From: Candidatus Saccharimonadota bacterium
GTDB lineage: Bacteria; Patescibacteriota; Saccharimonadia; Saccharimonadales; JACDBH01
Length of the DNA stretch: 64,000 bases
Direction: 5' to 3'
NCBI GenBank assembly: GCA_028289135.1
Contig: JAQGGW010000008.1
Span: 34,385 to 98,384 of the forward strand
Positions 7,245 through 17,574 of the stretch are shown here, one piece after another; positions within the stretch are counted from its first letter, which is position 1, and every line of letters begins with the position of its first letter. Position numbers and translations under genes: made by a program. A model generated the notes under the pieces. That model was not told the origin of the DNA and searched no databases. It saw only the letters and a list, made by a program, of their open reading frames with translations.

Positions 7245-8576
7245 CTAGTTAACCGGCTTTTTAATACTATACTTTAGTATTTTTTTGCTTTTTGTACTGG
7301 TTCCTACTATTGCTATACCAGCCATTCCAAAAAACACATACGCTAAAGTATCATCAGCCCAAGCATGCGTAAGCATATTTATAAATATAGTACCAACTAG
7401 TATTGCCAACACTGCCCTTGGCAATACTTCGGTATGTTTATCCCATAAACTCTTGCCTAACATAGCTATAAACAACATAAACAAGCCTAATCCTATGAGT
7501 CCTGCCTCTTGCCCTATTTGTAAAAAATAGTTTTCGGCAATTCTTGACATTTTCGTATTACGCAGAGAAGCAGGCCCCGCACTACCTACGCCTTTGCCTA
7601 GTGGTGTATTATAAATATCTTTGACTCCAGATTTTAATGCGCTCGAATGCTGTTCATTTGAACTCTGAAGAGATGTGGATTTTTCATTAGTATGAAATAA
7701 CATGTTTTGAGCAATATCATTATTACGGAGGCTAACTGTGACAATACCGACAAATAAAACCGCTAAAGCCGTAACAATATAAACCTGCTTCTTTTTTGTG
7801 GGATCCTGGATTGACCATAACGAAAAGCACACTAGTGATACCATCAATCCTATCCATGCGCCCCTAGAATAGCTACCATAAAGGGCAATTAGACTTGCCG
7901 CACTTGTAATATAAACGTAAATTCGCTTCTTCCTGGTTTTAATAACCTCAGCAAAAAGCAATGTGCATATTAACATCATATAGGCTCCAAAAGCATTAGG
8001 CCCTCTGAGTGTAGACTGTACTCGGAAGAAGCTTTGTTTTCCGTCAATAGTTTCGAATAAAGGTATAGTATTTCTCCCGTACCCAAAGTGTGCAAGAAAC
8101 TCTTTTGGCAATATAGTCATTTGAAGAATGCTAAAAATAATGACTAAGATAGCGGGTATAAAAACCAGCTTTTCCCAATGAAAACGATATCTATGAGCTG
8201 CCAAAGATACAACACCTAGAAATAGTACATATCTTGTGTCAATTATGAACCCATAGATTGCAGCGTTACGATTTACGTTTCCGACTAGCAGGCCATAAAT
8301 AGTTGCTATAGCAATTGCAGTTAGGTATAAAATTCCAGCTTGTACAACCCTATTTTTAATCGACTTTTTCAAAAGTGTAAGATCTTTAAATAAGATAATA
8401 ATCGCAACAATGCATAGACCTAAGAGTAGTATTTCTTTCCAGATACGTATTAGATCAAAATGTGCAAAATGACTTGCAAAAAAAGTGGTAAATAATGCAT
8501 GAAAAGGGAGTAGCACTAGTATTATTGATGAGCCAACTCCAATGATTCTGTAATAAAGGTCGTTTCGCTTCTGCAT
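7245..8576 (-). CDS. second O-antigen ligase/polymerase-like (Wzy_C domain) membrane protein
   Basis: 443 aa, polytopic, with a YGSYSRGAWIGLMVS motif. It is a divergent paralog of 5832..7223. Confidence 0.65.
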   Translation of the reverse strand: MQKRNDLYYRIIGVGSSIILVLLPFHALFTTFFASHFAHFDLIRIWKEILLLGLCIVAIIILFKDLTLLKKSIKNRVVQAGILYLTAIAIATIYGLLVGNVNRNAAIYGFIIDTRYVLFLGVVSLAAHRYRFHWEKLVFIPAILVIIFSILQMTILPKEFLAHFGYGRNTIPLFETIDGKQSFFRVQSTLRGPNAFGAYMMLICTLLFAEVIKTRKKRIYVYITSAASLIALYGSYSRGAWIGLMVSLVCFSLWSIQDPTKKKQVYIVTALAVLFVGIVTVSLRNNDIAQNMLFHTNEKSTSLQSSNEQHSSALKSGVKDIYNTPLGKGVGSAGPASLRNTKMSRIAENYFLQIGQEAGLIGLGLFMLFIAMLGKSLWDKHTEVLPRAVLAILVGTIFINMLTHAWADDTLAYVFFGMAGIAIVGTSTKSKKILKYSIKKPVN

Positions 8577-8600
8577 ACTCCCTAGTATACTTGTTATTGG

Positions 8601-10037
8601 ATGAAGAATAATACTTCTTTAATATATGGTTTTTTCCTCATTGTTGGTGACTTTTTAGCGCTTATCGGTGCGTTTATTAGTGCTTTCATCCTTCGCGTTA
8701 CGCTCGACAACCGCCCTACCATTGCCCGCATTACATCCGCCCAGTATCTTAAAGTTTTCTTGCTACTATTGCCTTTTTGGCTGATTATATTTGGCCTACT
8801 AGGACTTTATAACAAAAATACTTACGAAAACCGGTTTTCGGAATTTGGCCGGCTAATAATTGGTTCATTCATCGGCATTTTATTTGTAATTAGTTATGGT
8901 TATATTACTAATACCCCCATCTTTCCGGCCCGGCTCGTTACTGTCTATGGCTTTTTGTTAGCACTCTGTTTTATGTTGCTTTTTCGAACACTGGCCAGAG
9001 TAATCCGCCGCGGCTTATTTAGCTATGGTTATGGGGTTAATCATGTCCTGATTGTAGGCAATACCATCGTTACGGACGAACTTATAACCTCTTTAGAAAA
9101 CACAGAAGTTACGGGATATAAAGTGGTGGGGATTGTCAGCACCAACACTAAGCACGGCAGCAAACACAAACAACACATTTTTGAATCCTTTGAAGAAGCT
9201 ATAAAAAAGCTTAAAAACGAATCGGTGCATAGCATAATCCAAACCGAACTTTACGTTATGGCCGGCCAAAACAGCGAAATCTTAACCTATGCCCAAGAAA
9301 ACCACATCGCCTACAGGTTTGTGCCGGGCAACAGCGAGCTTTTTGTCGGTAATATTGAAGTGGATTTGTTCCAATCTATCCCTGTTATTGCCGTGCACCA
9401 GACGGCACTGGTCGGCTGGGGGCGGATTGTAAAGCGCATTTTCGACATTTTCGCGTCACTTATTTTTATTATTATTGCGTCCGTTCCAATGCTGCTAATT
9501 GCCTTTGTTATTAAAATTACCGACCCGCGCGGCAAGATTTTTTATAAACCAAAGCGTCTGGGCCGGTTTGGCAACACATTTAACTGCTACAAATTCCGCA
9601 GTATGTACCAAAAATACAATATGAGCCCAGAAGAAGGCTTTGCCAAAATGGGACGCTTGGACTTGCTTAAGCAATACCGGGAAAATGGCGACAGACTGCC
9701 GCGTGATCCGCGCATTACGCCGATTGGCCGCTTTATCCGCAAGTTCTCTCTGGACGAGCTTCCGCAGCTCTTTAACGTGCTTAAGGGCGATATTAGCCTG
9801 GTTGGCCCGCGCGCGCTTGACCATTTTGAGCTTGACCAGTACGCCAAGAAAAACCTTATTTTATCGGTTAAAACCGGCCTGACTGGCCTGGCCCAAATCT
9901 CGGGCCGCAGTGATATCCCGTTTGAAGAACGCCGCAAGCTTGACCTGTACTACGTCCAAAACTGGAGCTTCTGGAACGACCTAGTGATTGTCGCCAAAAC
10001 TGTGTCCGTGGTACTTTTTCACCGAGGGGTACGCTAA
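8601..10037 (+). CDS. polyprenyl-phosphate glycosyl-1-phosphate transferase (WbaP/CpsE-type initiating enzyme)
   Basis: 478 aa with N-terminal TM helices and a central Rossmann-like region. The C-terminal Bac_transf motifs are KRIFDIFASL..., KFRSM, DPRITPIGRFIRKFSLDELPQLFNVLKGDISLVGPRA. Confidence 0.85.
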   Translation: MKNNTSLIYGFFLIVGDFLALIGAFISAFILRVTLDNRPTIARITSAQYLKVFLLLLPFWLIIFGLLGLYNKNTYENRFSEFGRLIIGSFIGILFVISYGYITNTPIFPARLVTVYGFLLALCFMLLFRTLARVIRRGLFSYGYGVNHVLIVGNTIVTDELITSLENTEVTGYKVVGIVSTNTKHGSKHKQHIFESFEEAIKKLKNESVHSIIQTELYVMAGQNSEILTYAQENHIAYRFVPGNSELFVGNIEVDLFQSIPVIAVHQTALVGWGRIVKRIFDIFASLIFIIIASVPMLLIAFVIKITDPRGKIFYKPKRLGRFGNTFNCYKFRSMYQKYNMSPEEGFAKMGRLDLLKQYRENGDRLPRDPRITPIGRFIRKFSLDELPQLFNVLKGDISLVGPRALDHFELDQYAKKNLILSVKTGLTGLAQISGRSDIPFEERRKLDLYYVQNWSFWNDLVIVAKTVSVVLFHRGVR

Positions 10038-10039
10038 AA

Positions 10040-11131
10040 GTGAAGGTAGCTATTGTCCACGACTGGCTGGTGGGCGGGGGAGCGGAGCGCGTGGTTGAGG
10101 AAATCCATAAGCTCTACCCTGATGCTCCCATTTACACGTCCTACTGCACGCCCGAATGGCGCGAGCGTTTGGACGGCAAAGTAGTTACCGGCTGGCTGCA
10201 GCATTTAGGACGGATTCGGAAATTTATCCCGGTTTTAAGGATTTGGTGGTTTACGCATCTGGACTTTACAGGGTATGACATGGTCATTAGCAGTTCCGGC
10301 AATGGCGAAGCTTTTGGTATTAAAACCCCGCGCGATACTTTACATGTTAACTATTGCCACGCTCCAACTCATTTTTATTGGCGATTTTATGATAAATATC
10401 TTGAACAGCCCGGTTTTGGGGCTTTTAACCCGCTGGCGCGCTTGGGCCTAAAGATTTTAGTAAAACCCCTGCGTGCATGGGATTATAAAGCTGCACAGCG
10501 TGCTAATTACTTCATTGCCAATTCAAACCATATTAAAGATGAAATTAAAGAGTTTTATGGACGTGATTCGGTTGTAATTTTTCCTCCCGTGAATACTTAT
10601 CGTTTTTCAAAAGTTACAACAAAAAAAAGAGCGGGTTTCGTTACGGCGTCACGCCAAGTACCTCAGAAGAAACTTGATATTATTATTGGTGCTGCCAACG
10701 AGCTTAAACTTCCCCTATTAGTCATTGGACGCGGGCCCGAGCATGAAAGGCTTGCAAGTCTCGCAGGGGATACCGTGACGCTTCGTAATGACGTGAGTGA
10801 TGAAGAAATGCCAATCCTGTTTGCATGTGCTGAGGCGTTCTTATTTGCTGCCTACGAAGACTTTGGCGTGACGCCGGTGGAAGCATTGGCTTCCGGAACT
10901 CCCGTACTTGCTTATAAGCTTGGGGGAGCACTTGATTATATTCAGCCTGGTGTTAATGGTGAATTCTTCAACATCCAAAGCGTGCCATCTTTATGTGCGG
11001 CAATACAAAAGTTTGATTTGGCAAAATTTTCAGAATCTGCCGTACGTGAATCAGCTCAGAAATTTAGTTCGCAAGCTTTTGCTGCTTCTTTAACTAAATA
11101 TATTCAACTCATAACGAAAGGAATGTCATGA
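10040..11131 (+). CDS. glycosyltransferase, GT4 family
   Basis: GTG start. MKVAIVHDWLVGGGAERV N-terminus and a C-terminal E..FG.TPVEALASGTPV motif (the GT-B EX7E region). Confidence 0.7.
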   Translation: MKVAIVHDWLVGGGAERVVEEIHKLYPDAPIYTSYCTPEWRERLDGKVVTGWLQHLGRIRKFIPVLRIWWFTHLDFTGYDMVISSSGNGEAFGIKTPRDTLHVNYCHAPTHFYWRFYDKYLEQPGFGAFNPLARLGLKILVKPLRAWDYKAAQRANYFIANSNHIKDEIKEFYGRDSVVIFPPVNTYRFSKVTTKKRAGFVTASRQVPQKKLDIIIGAANELKLPLLVIGRGPEHERLASLAGDTVTLRNDVSDEEMPILFACAEAFLFAAYEDFGVTPVEALASGTPVLAYKLGGALDYIQPGVNGEFFNIQSVPSLCAAIQKFDLAKFSESAVRESAQKFSSQAFAASLTKYIQLITKGMS

Positions 11132-12144
11132 AAAACATACTAGTAACTGGCGGTGCTGGATTTATTGGTAGTCATACGGCAGTAGAACTTATTGCAGCCG
11201 GCTACAATGCAGTCATTGTCGATAATCTAAGTAATTCTAAAGAGAGTGCACTGACAGGAATAAAAGAAATTTCTGGAGCTACTCCTTCTTTTTACAATCT
11301 TGACTACAGCAATGACGAAAAATTAAAAGAAATTATCTTAAAGGAATCTGTTGATGGAGTCATACATTTTGCAGCGTTTAAAGCCGTAGGCGAATCAACT
11401 GAAACACCTCTTAAGTATTATGCTAATAACGTTGCTGGATTCGTAGGGCTATTGAGCACTTTAGAAAAACTTGGGATCCCGATTGTATTCTCGTCCTCAT
11501 GTACGGTATACGGTGAGCCAGACAGCCTGCCGGTCAATGAGCAAGCCCCTATAAAGCCTGCTGAGTCACCTTACGGCACTACCAAGCAGATGGATGAGAC
11601 TATTCTGAGAGACGCTACAAAGGCTAGCAAAAAACTCAAGAGCATAGCCCTTCGTTATTTCAACCCAGTAGGCGCGCATCCGTCGGGGCTTATTGGTGAA
11701 TTGCCGCTTGGTCGGCCAAGCAATCTTTTTCCAGTGGTCACACAAGCAATTGCTGGGGTTGGAAAGGAACTCACAGTGTTTGGAACCGATTATGATACGC
11801 CGGACGGTAGTTGTGTACGTGATTATATACATGTAGTAGACCTTGCGAAAGCGCATATAAAAGCACTGGAGTATTTAAACGGTCAGCAGCAAGGGTTTTA
11901 TGATGTGTTTAATATCGGCTCCGGTAAAGGCAATACGGTTCTTGAGGTCATTAAAGCTTTTGAGGAAACAACGGGTAAAAAAGTACCACACATACTTGGA
12001 GCAAGGCGGGATGGTGACATTGTTGCAACCTATGCAAATTGCAGCAAGGCAAATGAATTATTGGGCTGGAAAACTGAAAAGACTCTAACTGACAGTTGTC
12101 GTGATGCCTGGAACTGGCAAACTAAAATTACACCTGCGCTTTAA
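11128..12144 (+). CDS. galE: UDP-glucose (or UDP-GlcNAc) 4-epimerase
   Basis: 338 aa with TGGAGFIGSH, an SSS..YG region, and the YGTTK catalytic YxxxK. The ATGA overlap with the upstream GT indicates coupling. Confidence 0.85.
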   Translation: MKNILVTGGAGFIGSHTAVELIAAGYNAVIVDNLSNSKESALTGIKEISGATPSFYNLDYSNDEKLKEIILKESVDGVIHFAAFKAVGESTETPLKYYANNVAGFVGLLSTLEKLGIPIVFSSSCTVYGEPDSLPVNEQAPIKPAESPYGTTKQMDETILRDATKASKKLKSIALRYFNPVGAHPSGLIGELPLGRPSNLFPVVTQAIAGVGKELTVFGTDYDTPDGSCVRDYIHVVDLAKAHIKALEYLNGQQQGFYDVFNIGSGKGNTVLEVIKAFEETTGKKVPHILGARRDGDIVATYANCSKANELLGWKTEKTLTDSCRDAWNWQTKITPAL

Positions 12145-12637
12145 AATCAAAGTAACTTTTGAGGGCCTGGCTTATAAATCCGCGTTGTGATTCCATTAGT
12201 AATTCTGGTAGTTGGGATGCTTTGTAAAAACTGCCTGCACGTGGCTCACTCTTTACTTCAACCCAAAATATCAGTATCTGTTCCATGCCGCGTTTGCTTT
12301 TATTTAAACTACTTCCGACATAGTGTGGCTCGCCTATTGCTGTGTCCTTAAGCTCATTTTTAGTAATACGTCCAAACGCCGTGTGCCTGCCCTCGTCTGT
12401 ATCAGTTGCCCTGATGACCGTACCTGGTGTATGGAGTTGTCCGGGCCAAAATTTATCATCTTGGCTGCGAGGCAATAATAAAACTTCTACTTTACCGTCG
12501 TACATGCGCAGCGGAACAAATTCAATGATTGGCAAAACAGTCAGTCGGGCGATTTCAATAAAAATATCAAACGGCAAAAAACCAGGTTTTAATTTGCGAA
12601 GCAGCGACGTGAGTTGTTGGATGTCGGTATCATTCAT
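12128..12637 (-). CDS. hypothetical protein, possibly a degenerate Nudix-fold protein
   Basis: 169 aa. The ...VLLLPRSQDDKFWPGQLHTPGTVIRATDTDEGRHTAFGRITKNELKD region resembles a Nudix-box position but lacks the full GX5EX7REUXEEXGU signature. It lies directly downstream of manC. Confidence 0.4.
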   Translation of the reverse strand: MNDTDIQQLTSLLRKLKPGFLPFDIFIEIARLTVLPIIEFVPLRMYDGKVEVLLLPRSQDDKFWPGQLHTPGTVIRATDTDEGRHTAFGRITKNELKDTAIGEPHYVGSSLNKSKRGMEQILIFWVEVKSEPRAGSFYKASQLPELLMESQRGFISQALKSYFDFKAQV

Positions 12638-12646
12638 CTATAATCT

Positions 12647-13678
12647 TTATTTTTGCAATCGCTTGGCAACGTCACCAACGTTTTGGGCATAGTTTTTATT
12701 AGTGACCAAAACCCCATGCTGAGTATTAATTACCACCACGTTATCGAGCCCAATTACTGCCACCGGAACTTCAGTGTCATTACGAACATAACTATTTGTT
12801 GCACTCTCGATTTCAATCTTTTCTCCTCTAGTGTGATTGCCAGAGTCATCCTTGCCACTGATATCATGTAAATCTTTAAATGAACCAATGTCTGCCCAGT
12901 CAAAACTGCCAGTTACTACAATTGCGTCTTTTACTTTTTCTGAAAGTGCCAGCTCTAAGGGTTCTGTAATAAAACTAAGGTACGTTTCGTCGCGGTTTTT
13001 TGACGCAAACAATGCTTCGTAGTCTGAAGTCATCCGTTCGGAATTATTAGCCATTTCGCGCTCAAACGTTTTAAGTGTTCCAACTAAATACCCCGTATTC
13101 CAAAGATATTTACCGCTCGCTATAAATTTTTCGGCAGTTCGTTTGTCCGGCTTTTCTTTGAAGCTCATCAAGTTGTGCGCGTCACGCCATCCCTTTAATT
13201 TACCATCGCGTTCCATATAACCAAGTCCCGTCGAAGGATAACTTGGGTTCACTCCAATAAAAACAAGCTTTTCCTCTGTCTCAGCTATTTCGCCCGCCTT
13301 AAGCATTGTAGCCGCAAATCCATCTGCATTACGTACCAAGTGGTCGGCCCATAAAAATAGAATTGGCTCGTCGGCCCATTTACGCTTTTTAATTTCGGTT
13401 AGTGCAAGAAGTAAGCAAGATGCAGTACCGCGGCGGCCAGGCTCAGGAATAATATTTTTCTTGCCTATATCTTTAAGCTGTTCAAGAACATGATGTACGT
13501 GGGAAACTTCCGGAATAACTATTACTTTGTCTGCACTGGTAATCTGCAGTACCCGGTTAACGGTATTTTGGAGTAGGCTCTTATCGTTTACTAAACTCAG
13601 TAAGTGTTTTGGGTAACTATGAGTAGACAAAGGCCACAGTCTTGTTCCCGAACCCCCAGCAATTATTACGACTATCAT
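12647..13678 (-). CDS. manC: mannose-1-phosphate guanylyltransferase (nucleotidyltransferase domain only)
   Basis: 343 aa starting MIVVIIAGGSGTRLWPLSTHSYPKHLL, the typical GDP-mannose pyrophosphorylase signature. There is no C-terminal cupin/PMI domain. Confidence 0.8.
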   Translation of the reverse strand: MIVVIIAGGSGTRLWPLSTHSYPKHLLSLVNDKSLLQNTVNRVLQITSADKVIVIPEVSHVHHVLEQLKDIGKKNIIPEPGRRGTASCLLLALTEIKKRKWADEPILFLWADHLVRNADGFAATMLKAGEIAETEEKLVFIGVNPSYPSTGLGYMERDGKLKGWRDAHNLMSFKEKPDKRTAEKFIASGKYLWNTGYLVGTLKTFEREMANNSERMTSDYEALFASKNRDETYLSFITEPLELALSEKVKDAIVVTGSFDWADIGSFKDLHDISGKDDSGNHTRGEKIEIESATNSYVRNDTEVPVAVIGLDNVVVINTQHGVLVTNKNYAQNVGDVAKRLQK

Positions 13679-13817
13679 TTGCCATAATAATAACAGAATT
13701 TTTTATTAGCATCAGCTCAAATTAGATAAGTTAGCGAATGATACAACAATCTGGCCATATATTTGAAATAGTTATGCTTTTTTGATAATATAAATATGAT
13801 ATTTTAAAATAAATAGT

Positions 13818-14384
13818 ATGCACAAAACAAGCTCTCGTCCATCTTCTAAGCACCTCCCCAAGAACACTTTTGTAAAAATAGTGATAATACTATTAGTTAT
13901 ACTAATTTTACTGGTCTCTTTAGGTCATAGGACTCTGAATAAAAAGCAAAAAACTAACCCGCCGAAAATTACCACGGCTGCACCGAGCACTAACATAAAT
14001 CTTGACCCTCCAACACAAGAAGAAAAGAAAATTACCGAAGAAAATAAAACTAAAAATCTTAATGAAAGTGTCGCTCCTCCAACTATTGATTCAAATGGCC
14101 TTAGGGCTGTAACTCCTGTAATTTCATATGCTGATAAAAATGGGGCTTCAGCATATATAAACGGGATCTTTGAAGAAGGTGGTACATGTATGGCAGAATA
14201 TTCTCACGGCGATGATAAAATCACGACTACGTCGACGGGTTTTCAAAATTCCAATTACACCAGTTGCGAACCTTTGACCCTTCCTGGGCCTTTAAATATA
14301 AAAGGTGACTGGAGTCTAATTGTTAGTTATAAATCCACTACCTCTAGCGGCAAATCGGCATCAATGCTCGTTAGGGTCGATTAA
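13818..14384 (+). CDS. hypothetical N-terminally membrane-anchored protein
   Basis: 188 aa with a basic N-terminus, one TM helix (FVKIVIILLVILILLVSL), a Pro/Thr/Lys-rich linker and a small Cys-containing domain. Confidence 0.45.
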   Translation: MHKTSSRPSSKHLPKNTFVKIVIILLVILILLVSLGHRTLNKKQKTNPPKITTAAPSTNINLDPPTQEEKKITEENKTKNLNESVAPPTIDSNGLRAVTPVISYADKNGASAYINGIFEEGGTCMAEYSHGDDKITTTSTGFQNSNYTSCEPLTLPGPLNIKGDWSLIVSYKSTTSSGKSASMLVRVD

Positions 14385-14388
14385 AGCT

Positions 14389-16365
14389 ATGTCACGCCGT
14401 TTTAACTACCTAGCATATTTTTTTGTAGTTACTATTTTTGTTTTATCATTTTCTGTATTTAACTCTTATACCATCCCTAAGGCAAACGCTCTAGCTAACA
14501 GCGAATTTGATGCATCACGTATCATTGATGATTCTGTTTTTTTTAATCCTAACAGTATGAATACTGATGAAATTCAAGTTTTCTTAAATAGTAAAGTTCC
14601 TGTTTGTGAAACTAATCACAGTCAAGATGGATACCCCTATCCACCACCTTATACGTGCTTAAAAGACTTTGTACAAGTGACGGATTCTATGGCAGGTGAC
14701 AGTTTTTGTGGGCCAATTGCTGGTGGATCAAAAAGTGCCGCAACTATAATTAAGGAAGTTTCAGCAGCATGCTCTGTAAACCCTCAAATTCTTTTGATAC
14801 TTCTGCAAAAAGAACAGTCCCTTATAACAGATACATGGCCGCTTCCTTCGCAGTACACAAAAGCAACTGGATACGGTTGTCCAGATTCTACGGTACCTTC
14901 GCAATACGATAGCAATAGTAACAACTGTTACGATGAATACGAAGGTTATTTTAAACAGGTTTACTATGGCGCAAGACAATATCAAAAATATGCTAAACAA
15001 CCCCTGCAATTTAATTTTCGTGCAGGTCAAACAGCGAATATAGCTTTCAATCCAAGTGCATCATGCGGCTCGAGCAGTGTGACTATACAAAATCAGGCAA
15101 CCGCGGGGCTCTATAATTACACGCCTTACCAGCCTAATGCAGCTGTTCTTAATTCTACACACGGTGAAACGGTACCATGTGGCGCTTACGGTAATATAAA
15201 TTTTTGGTGGCAGTTCTGGAATTGGTTTGGAAATCCAATAGGCTCACCTTATGCTTGGTTAATAGATAGTTTCACATATTCTGGCGGCGACAACCTCATT
15301 GCACAAGGAGAAACGGAAACTATTACCTTAAAAGCGAAGAATGTTGGAAGGTTACCGTGGTATAACCATGGTAATAATCCCGTACGATTAGGCACATGGG
15401 AAAATCCAGACCACAGTAGTGCGCTCCTAAACGGAGGAAATCGCTTTGCTACCTTAACTGAAAGTGTAGTGCAACCAAACTCTATTGGTACTTTTACATT
15501 TACGGTAACCCCATCAACTATTGGTACATATATAGAATCGATGAATTTAGTTGTTGAGAATAGCCAGTGGATGTCGTGGCCAGGTTTTAGACCTACAATA
15601 AATGTAACAAGTCCTTACAACTGGCAGATACAAGATGTTATTTATGAAAATGGTACTGGTGTAATGGACCCCGGCACGAGACAACTTATAACTGTGAAGG
15701 CAAAAAATACAGGTAATACAACATGGGTTAAAAATTCAACTACCCCTGTCCGTCTTGGCACCTGGTTACCGGATAGAAAAAGCGCAGTTAGCAGTTCATG
15801 GTTAAGCCAGGTTCGTGCCGCCGACATGAATGAGCAAAGTGTTGCCCCAGGTCAAACCGCAGGATTTCAGTTTTATATAAATATGCCTTCTTCTGGTAAC
15901 TTTTACGAACGCTTAAACCTTGTAGCAGAAGGGCAAACCTGGCTTAACGATCCTGGTTTAACTTTGTATCTGAGAGGTAGGTCGTACCAGTGGCAGCCTG
16001 TCTGGTCCTCATTAAGTACCGGCACAGTTGATATACCGCGTAACACTAACTTTACCTATACCCTGAAGGTCAAAAACGTTGGTGAGGCATCATGGACAAG
16101 AACTTCAGGTAAGCCACCAGTGCGATTAGGGACATCTGGGCCGTTGAATCGAGGGAGCAGCTTATATACACCAAGCTGGATAAACGATACTCGCCCAAGT
16201 GGGCTTATAGAAGACACTGTCGCTCCTGGAGACGAAGGCACCTTCACGTTTAACGGCAGGACACCAAGTACACCCGGACAAAGAATTGAGCGTTTTAACT
16301 TAGTTGCCGAAGGTGTTGCATGGTTTTCAAGTCCTGATGTCTTGCTTTATATTAACGTTCTATAG
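14389..16365 (+). CDS. secreted/anchored surface protein with three tandem Ig-like (NBR1-like) repeats and an N-terminal possible glycoside-hydrolase-like domain
   Basis: Start moved to MSRRFNYLAYFFVVTIFVLSF (signal/anchor). The N-terminal region contains ...NPQILLILLQKEQSLITD. Three repeats of ~120 aa each carry W..(x)PVRLGT. Confidence 0.6.
   Translation: MSRRFNYLAYFFVVTIFVLSFSVFNSYTIPKANALANSEFDASRIIDDSVFFNPNSMNTDEIQVFLNSKVPVCETNHSQDGYPYPPPYTCLKDFVQVTDSMAGDSFCGPIAGGSKSAATIIKEVSAACSVNPQILLILLQKEQSLITDTWPLPSQYTKATGYGCPDSTVPSQYDSNSNNCYDEYEGYFKQVYYGARQYQKYAKQPLQFNFRAGQTANIAFNPSASCGSSSVTIQNQATAGLYNYTPYQPNAAVLNSTHGETVPCGAYGNINFWWQFWNWFGNPIGSPYAWLIDSFTYSGGDNLIAQGETETITLKAKNVGRLPWYNHGNNPVRLGTWENPDHSSALLNGGNRFATLTESVVQPNSIGTFTFTVTPSTIGTYIESMNLVVENSQWMSWPGFRPTINVTSPYNWQIQDVIYENGTGVMDPGTRQLITVKAKNTGNTTWVKNSTTPVRLGTWLPDRKSAVSSSWLSQVRAADMNEQSVAPGQTAGFQFYINMPSSGNFYERLNLVAEGQTWLNDPGLTLYLRGRSYQWQPVWSSLSTGTVDIPRNTNFTYTLKVKNVGEASWTRTSGKPPVRLGTSGPLNRGSSLYTPSWINDTRPSGLIEDTVAPGDEGTFTFNGRTPSTPGQRIERFNLVAEGVAWFSSPDVLLYINVL
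15270..16362 (+). repeat. three tandem ~360-nt (~120-aa) intragenic domain repeats
   Basis: The PVRLGTW/PVRLGTS cores recur near 15380, 15745 and 16115, with the shared context W(Y/V/T)..(N/S/G)..PVRLGT...S(S)... and ...FxFxV/I...G.Y.E...LV.E. The repeats are divergent at the DNA level. Confidence 0.5.
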
Positions 16366-16503
16366 CAAAAATGAATCAAATAAGCCCAGCCATGGAATTA
16401 ATGTTTACTAAGTTTAGAAGAAAGTAATATTTACATTATACTGCTCATGCAATTCAAAAGTAGCGAGTGGTCTGGTATCATTAGATAACAATCAAAGGAA
16501 GTC

Positions 16504-17574
16504 ATGAACAGTAAAAGTAAAATTTTTGTTGCTGGCCATAATGGCTTAGTCGGAAGTGCGATTGTACGCAAGCTTGTATCTCAAGGATACACTAATATTA
16601 TAGTAAAGACTTCGAGCGAACTGGATTTAAGGGATCAGCTAGCTACTGAGAATTTCTTTGAGAATGAGAAGCCTGAGTATGTATTTTTATCTGCCGCTAA
16701 AGTAGGCGGGATAATGGCAAACAATACTTATCGGGCAGATTTTATTTACGAAAACCTTTTAATACAAAATAATGTCATTGGATCAAGTTATAAAAATAAT
16801 GTAAAAAAATTATTATTCTTAGGAAGCAGTTGTATCTATCCAAAAAATGCTCCACAGCCACTTAAAGAAGACAGCCTACTAACTAGTGACCTCGAATATA
16901 CTAACGAACCTTATGCAGTAGCTAAAATTGCGGGAATAAAACTTACTGAAAGTTTCAATATCCAGTACGGCACAAACTACCTTTCTGTTATGCCTACAAA
17001 CCTGTACGGTATTAATGACAATTTTGATTTAGAAAAATCCCATGTCATGCCAGCGCTAATTCGTAAAACAATACTTTCAAAAATGCTAGAAGAAAAAGAA
17101 TACGAAGAAGTGGCTAACAATTTAAATATTGGATTTGAATCAAAAGAACAAATTATTGAAGTACTAAAAAAATACGGCATTACAATTACAGGCCAAGGAT
17201 CCGTCGATATTGCCGTTTGGGGAACTGGTACGCCATACCGCGAGTTCATGCATGTAGATGATATGGCTGATGCGTGTGTATTTGTAATGAATAACATCAG
17301 TTTCAGCGATGTATCAAAGGGTATGGCTGAAGTTAAGAATACCCATCTAAATGTCAGCACAGGTTCGGATATAACAATCAAAGAATTAGCTGAGTTGATT
17401 AAGCAAATAGTTGGCTTCAGTGGTACTATTACATTTGATCCAAGTAAACCCGATGGCACGCCTCGTAAATTGATGAGTCCAGATAAACTTAGTAAACTTG
17501 GTTGGAAATATCAGATAAATCTTAATGATGGCTTAAAGCGCACGATTGAATGGTACCAAGGAAAAAATGCGTAG
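16504..17574 (+). CDS. fcl: GDP-L-fucose synthase (GDP-4-keto-6-deoxymannose 3,5-epimerase/4-reductase)
   Basis: 356 aa with KIFVAGHNGLVGSAI, LGSSCIYPK, NEPYAVAKIAG (YxxxK) and VWGTGTPYREFMHVDDMA. It carries an internal ~35-aa insertion relative to typical Fcl length. Confidence 0.8.
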   Translation: MNSKSKIFVAGHNGLVGSAIVRKLVSQGYTNIIVKTSSELDLRDQLATENFFENEKPEYVFLSAAKVGGIMANNTYRADFIYENLLIQNNVIGSSYKNNVKKLLFLGSSCIYPKNAPQPLKEDSLLTSDLEYTNEPYAVAKIAGIKLTESFNIQYGTNYLSVMPTNLYGINDNFDLEKSHVMPALIRKTILSKMLEEKEYEEVANNLNIGFESKEQIIEVLKKYGITITGQGSVDIAVWGTGTPYREFMHVDDMADACVFVMNNISFSDVSKGMAEVKNTHLNVSTGSDITIKELAELIKQIVGFSGTITFDPSKPDGTPRKLMSPDKLSKLGWKYQINLNDGLKRTIEWYQGKNA

